Source of the DNA: an uncultured virus (IMG/VR IMGVR_UViG_2061766007_000514) | Lineage: Duplodnaviria > Heunggongvirae > Uroviricota > Caudoviricetes | DNA length: 20,000 bases | Virus record (IMG/VR): IMGVR_UViG_2061766007_000514 | Strand: one strand, 5' to 3' | Part shown: positions 17,466 through 20,000 of the stretch, piece by piece | How the letters are laid out: each line of letters begins with the position of its first letter | Position numbering within the stretch: position 1 is the first letter of the stretch | Made by a program: the position numbers and the translations under genes | Notes under the pieces: model-generated | Databases searched by the model: none | What the model saw: only the letters and a program-made list of their open reading frames with translations | What the model was told of the DNA's origin: nothing

Positions 17466-18125
17466 CTATCTACCATAAATTCTATAAAGATATAGATTAG
17501 ATATAGTATTTGAAGATAAACGAATATTCGTATCTGACGAACTTGATACACTAATAGCCCCAACGACTGTTCCACGACTTATTGGAACAGAAATAGTGTA
17601 CGATCCTATTAGATTAGCAGGAAGTGTGACTATTGAACGCGATGAACCAGTTGATGTTGAGGCAAGAAACAATAATGTAATATCGCGATAATCGGTCTTC
17701 TTAGTAACTCCATTTGGATACGTCAATGTTAAATCTGTAGTTCCACTAGTCGGTATCTCCAAAGGCAACTCACCACTAGCAGGTTGCCAGATTGTACGAT
17801 ATTGTAAACTTGGCACGACTTTCCAATCCGTCCACGTAGCACCCGAATCGCTGGTATATCTGCNNNNNNNNNNNNNNNNNNNNNNNNNNNNNNATTGTAT
17901 AACTGTCTTAGCAGAGTCAACGCCCCGTCGTAAACAAATGAGCCAACCATTATTATATATATTTCCACTTGCACCGTAAGGTGCATTTGCTGGAGCATAG
18001 CCCCATGTATAAATTCCTGTTTCTAAAATGTCGTTAAGATCGCCACCAGCTGATTCTCGTAGAATAGTTCGTGCGACAGGAAACCCAAAGCTTCCTAGGT
18101 CTCTTTTTATTGTGCCACTAGCCAC
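17466..18125 (-). CDS. Tail fibre/receptor-binding protein with pyocin-knob-like domain
   Basis: DLNDILETGIY..ANAP..GWLICL..TVIQ..RYTSDSGATWTDWK; contains one N-gap. Confidence 0.7.
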   Translation of the reverse strand: MASGTIKRDLGSFGFPVARTILRESAGGDLNDILETGIYTWGYAPANAPYGASGNIYNNGWLICLRRGVDSAKTVIQXXXXXXXXXXXRYTSDSGATWTDWKVVPSLQYRTIWQPASGELPLEIPTSGTTDLTLTYPNGVTKKTDYRDITLLFLASTSTGSSRSIVTLPANLIGSYTISVPISRGTVVGAISVSSSSDTNIRLSSNTISNLYLYRIYGR

Positions 18126-18430
18126 TATTCTTCATCTCCTTCAGACTCAGGTTCGGGGTCTGGTAATTCAGCCAATTTTCCAACTGCTGCCGACTCAATT
18201 ACAATACCGTCAGAAACTCTGACAATCTGGGCGATCTGAATCTGTCGATCATCTCTTTTGCAGAAAGCGCCAAGAACCTCATGCCACTCTCCACATGCAC
18301 GGCTATGCGCCTTTACAATATCATTATTATATGAACGACTGTCAAACAATTTAGGATAACCAGTTAACTGGTTATATGCCCCATTAGCATCCACAATCAT
18401 GGCGCGGACTTCATATATTTCTCTCTGCAT
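18125..18430 (-). CDS. Hypothetical protein (possible fibre assembly factor)
   Basis: GGAGG RBS; lies between two knob-domain genes; acidic Pro-rich tail. Confidence 0.6.
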   Translation of the reverse strand: MQREIYEVRAMIVDANGAYNQLTGYPKLFDSRSYNNDIVKAHSRACGEWHEVLGAFCKRDDRQIQIAQIVRVSDGIVIESAAVGKLAELPDPEPESEGDEE

Positions 18431-18450
18431 TTCTTATCCTCCAATTAATA

Positions 18451-19230
18451 CTATAATGTTGTTGATGGCGTAAAACTAAGTTCTGCCGCCAATGTTAACG
18501 AAATGCTAGTCGTATTTAGCAAAGTTCCAAACAACGTAATACTTCCTGGCCCAGTCTGATATGTAATATCCGAAGCTAACATATTTGGTGTTCCGAACTC
18601 CGCCATAATTACGCGATGCTTTGTTGTAATATGACTTTCATACCGCGTAATTGGTAATGAACTGACATTACCAAAAGTTAAATAAATAGTTGCAGGATAT
18701 ATTAATTCCCATGGCGACCAGGTACCATCAAGACGCAGACGTGAGAATATTCTAACTCCATTGTCTATTGATGCCCTCTGACATGCAAACTGATGTATAA
18801 TACCACCAGCAGCGATAACTAAAACGTCACAAATTGTATTGACTGGAGCGTTTAATGCATCTGCCGTTGACTGCCAAAAACCAGATTGGATTGCTCTGTT
18901 AAAATCTCCATGACTTTCGTCATAGGTAATATACGTTAGCGGTAAATCTGCTCCGTTTAACAGTCCAAGCCCATAACCATAAGGCGCGAACCCGCCCATA
19001 TTAGGATGAAGAGCAGCATCCTTAAGTGCTTGGGCTAACTGAGCTAATGTGAAAGTACCAGTGTTTAACGTCTCAACTGTAGAACCATTACCAGCTAAAA
19101 TGCCCTCTAATGCTGTCTCTGTGGTTGTCAATATTTCATTAGGTCCAGGATTACCCTGAGGACCCTGCGGACCAGTATTACCCTGAGGCCCCTGCGGTCC
19201 AACAACGGAGCCAAGGTCAATAGTCGGCAT
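18451..19230 (-). CDS. Collagen-like repeat plus knob-domain fibre protein
   Basis: IDLGSVVGPQGPQGNTGPQGPQGNPG; DFNRAIQSGFW..NAP..HQFA..FSRLRLDGTWSPWE. Confidence 0.7.
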   Translation of the reverse strand: MPTIDLGSVVGPQGPQGNTGPQGPQGNPGPNEILTTTETALEGILAGNGSTVETLNTGTFTLAQLAQALKDAALHPNMGGFAPYGYGLGLLNGADLPLTYITYDESHGDFNRAIQSGFWQSTADALNAPVNTICDVLVIAAGGIIHQFACQRASIDNGVRIFSRLRLDGTWSPWELIYPATIYLTFGNVSSLPITRYESHITTKHRVIMAEFGTPNMLASDITYQTGPGSITLFGTLLNTTSISLTLAAELSFTPSTTL

Positions 19231-19246
19231 TTTAATTACTCTCCTT

Positions 19247-19735
19247 TCATGTAGTTAAGATCAAATGCCCCTGGCTATTGATCTCGTAATCTGGCGCTGT
19301 ATCACCGGTGTAAGTTAATATCAGATGGCCAGAGGTATTCACACTGAACCCATACTGCCCATCGACAGGAACAGCGACACCAGTTCCGCCCTGGGGACCC
19401 TGAGGACCCTCAACACCCTGAGGACCACGTAATCCCATAGCAGTAAAGCCGCTATCAGAATACTCTGTACCATTCCACAACATCCATTCACTATCTTCGC
19501 TGATTATAGGGGGATGCGTACTAAAACCTGCATAGTATTTACTATTATTATGGTATGTTGAGTCACCGATTGGTACATCATGGCCATTTCGCTTACCAAC
19601 AGCCCAAGCTTCAGCATCTAACTTGTCAGCCTCTGCCATATCTGCTGCGGCACGAAGACCATCTGCTAATGCATCACGAACTTCTTCACCATAAACAGCG
19701 TGCATTATCTTGTATATTGCTTCTTCTAGAGTCAC
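19247..19735 (-). CDS. Minor structural/fibre protein with short collagen-like repeat
   Basis: GTG start with AAAGGAG RBS; AVYGEEVRDAL, AEAWAVG..TYHNNSKYYA, GLRGPQGVEGPQGPQG, duplicated GHLIL motif. Confidence 0.65.
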   Translation of the reverse strand: MTLEEAIYKIMHAVYGEEVRDALADGLRAAADMAEADKLDAEAWAVGKRNGHDVPIGDSTYHNNSKYYAGFSTHPPIISEDSEWMLWNGTEYSDSGFTAMGLRGPQGVEGPQGPQGGTGVAVPVDGQYGFSVNTSGHLILTYTGDTAPDYEINSQGHLILTT

Positions 19736-19756
19736 TATATCAACTCCTTTATACTA

Positions 19757-19930
19757 CAGCAGTACTTATCAGAACTTATGGGACCTTTTCCTCTTGAAAG
19801 GAGAGACTTTGGAGGCAGACACAAACACTATAGGCAGAAATTTTGGAGGCAGTTTCTGATACACAACTAGNNNNNNNNNNNNNNNNNNNNNNNCGATTTA
19901 AGGCCCCATAAGCCCTGATAAGTACTGCTG
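19757..19930 (-). ncRNA. Putative structured RNA/leader with anti-Shine-Dalgarno loops
   Basis: 31-bp inverted repeat (19757-19787 and 19900-19930) whose 3 mismatches are all G-U on the minus transcript; internal CUGCCUCCAAA x2 and CUCUCCUUUCAA. Confidence 0.6.
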
Positions 19931-20000
19931 AAATGGGTTAAGGGAAGAAGCCCCTGAAAAACATTTTAAGCAAACTTCCCCCCGGAGAATTTTGAAAGAT

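Larger units (their letters stand above)
1..20000 (-). mobile_element. Siphovirus-type phage/prophage late region (packaging, head, tail, lysis)
   Basis: Co-oriented, tightly packed genes for terminase, portal, protease/capsid, tail tube, tape measure, holin and endolysin; no host housekeeping genes seen. Confidence 0.97.

Noticed and set aside
14540..19735. Diversity-generating retroelement or invertible fibre cassette
   Set aside because: No reverse transcriptase or recombinase in the window, and no near-identical nucleotide repeat pair noticed; the repeats are diverged protein-level repeats
497..19797. Remaining short plus-strand and alternative-frame ORFs in the track
   Set aside because: All overlap well-supported minus-strand genes and lack RBS or recognisable motifs
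19790..19860. CRISPR-like mini-array (repeated TTTGGAGGCAG)
   Set aside because: Only two 11-nt copies plus a partial one, too short for CRISPR repeats; no cas genes

Overview
The window is the late (virion morphogenesis and lysis) region of a long-tailed dsDNA phage or prophage, probably of a Firmicutes/Clostridia host (AAAGGAGG ribosome-binding sites, SLH-like domain on the endolysin). Almost all genes lie on the minus strand and read right to left. The order is: structured non-coding leader; fibre-like genes; holin-endolysin-holin; more fibre-like genes; putative TerS; HNH; head-tail connector; TerL; two paralogous 'LYHHGxKGQRWG' proteins; an uncharacterised 4-gene cassette; portal; protease-capsid fusion; head closure; tail terminator; two tail-tube paralogs; chaperone-region genes; tail completion protein; and the start of the tape measure gene. 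The main points of interest are (1) a ~175-nt putative RNA at 19757-19930 whose 31-bp closing stem has only G-U mismatches on the minus strand and whose internal loops are 11-12-nt complements of the ribosome-binding sites of specific late genes; (2) the 4-gene cassette between TerL and portal (Gly-rich membrane/coiled-coil/CCC protein plus a half-ferritin-like protein); (3) a probable -1 frameshift extending the capsid protein; (4) a tail-tube/tail-terminator fusion paralog; (5) a 56-aa plus-strand gene missed by the ORF track, with its own promoter; (6) a recurrent AATTCAAAATG motif at gene junctions. Several N-gaps make reading frames across them unreliable. All functional calls come from motif recognition and gene order, not from database searches.
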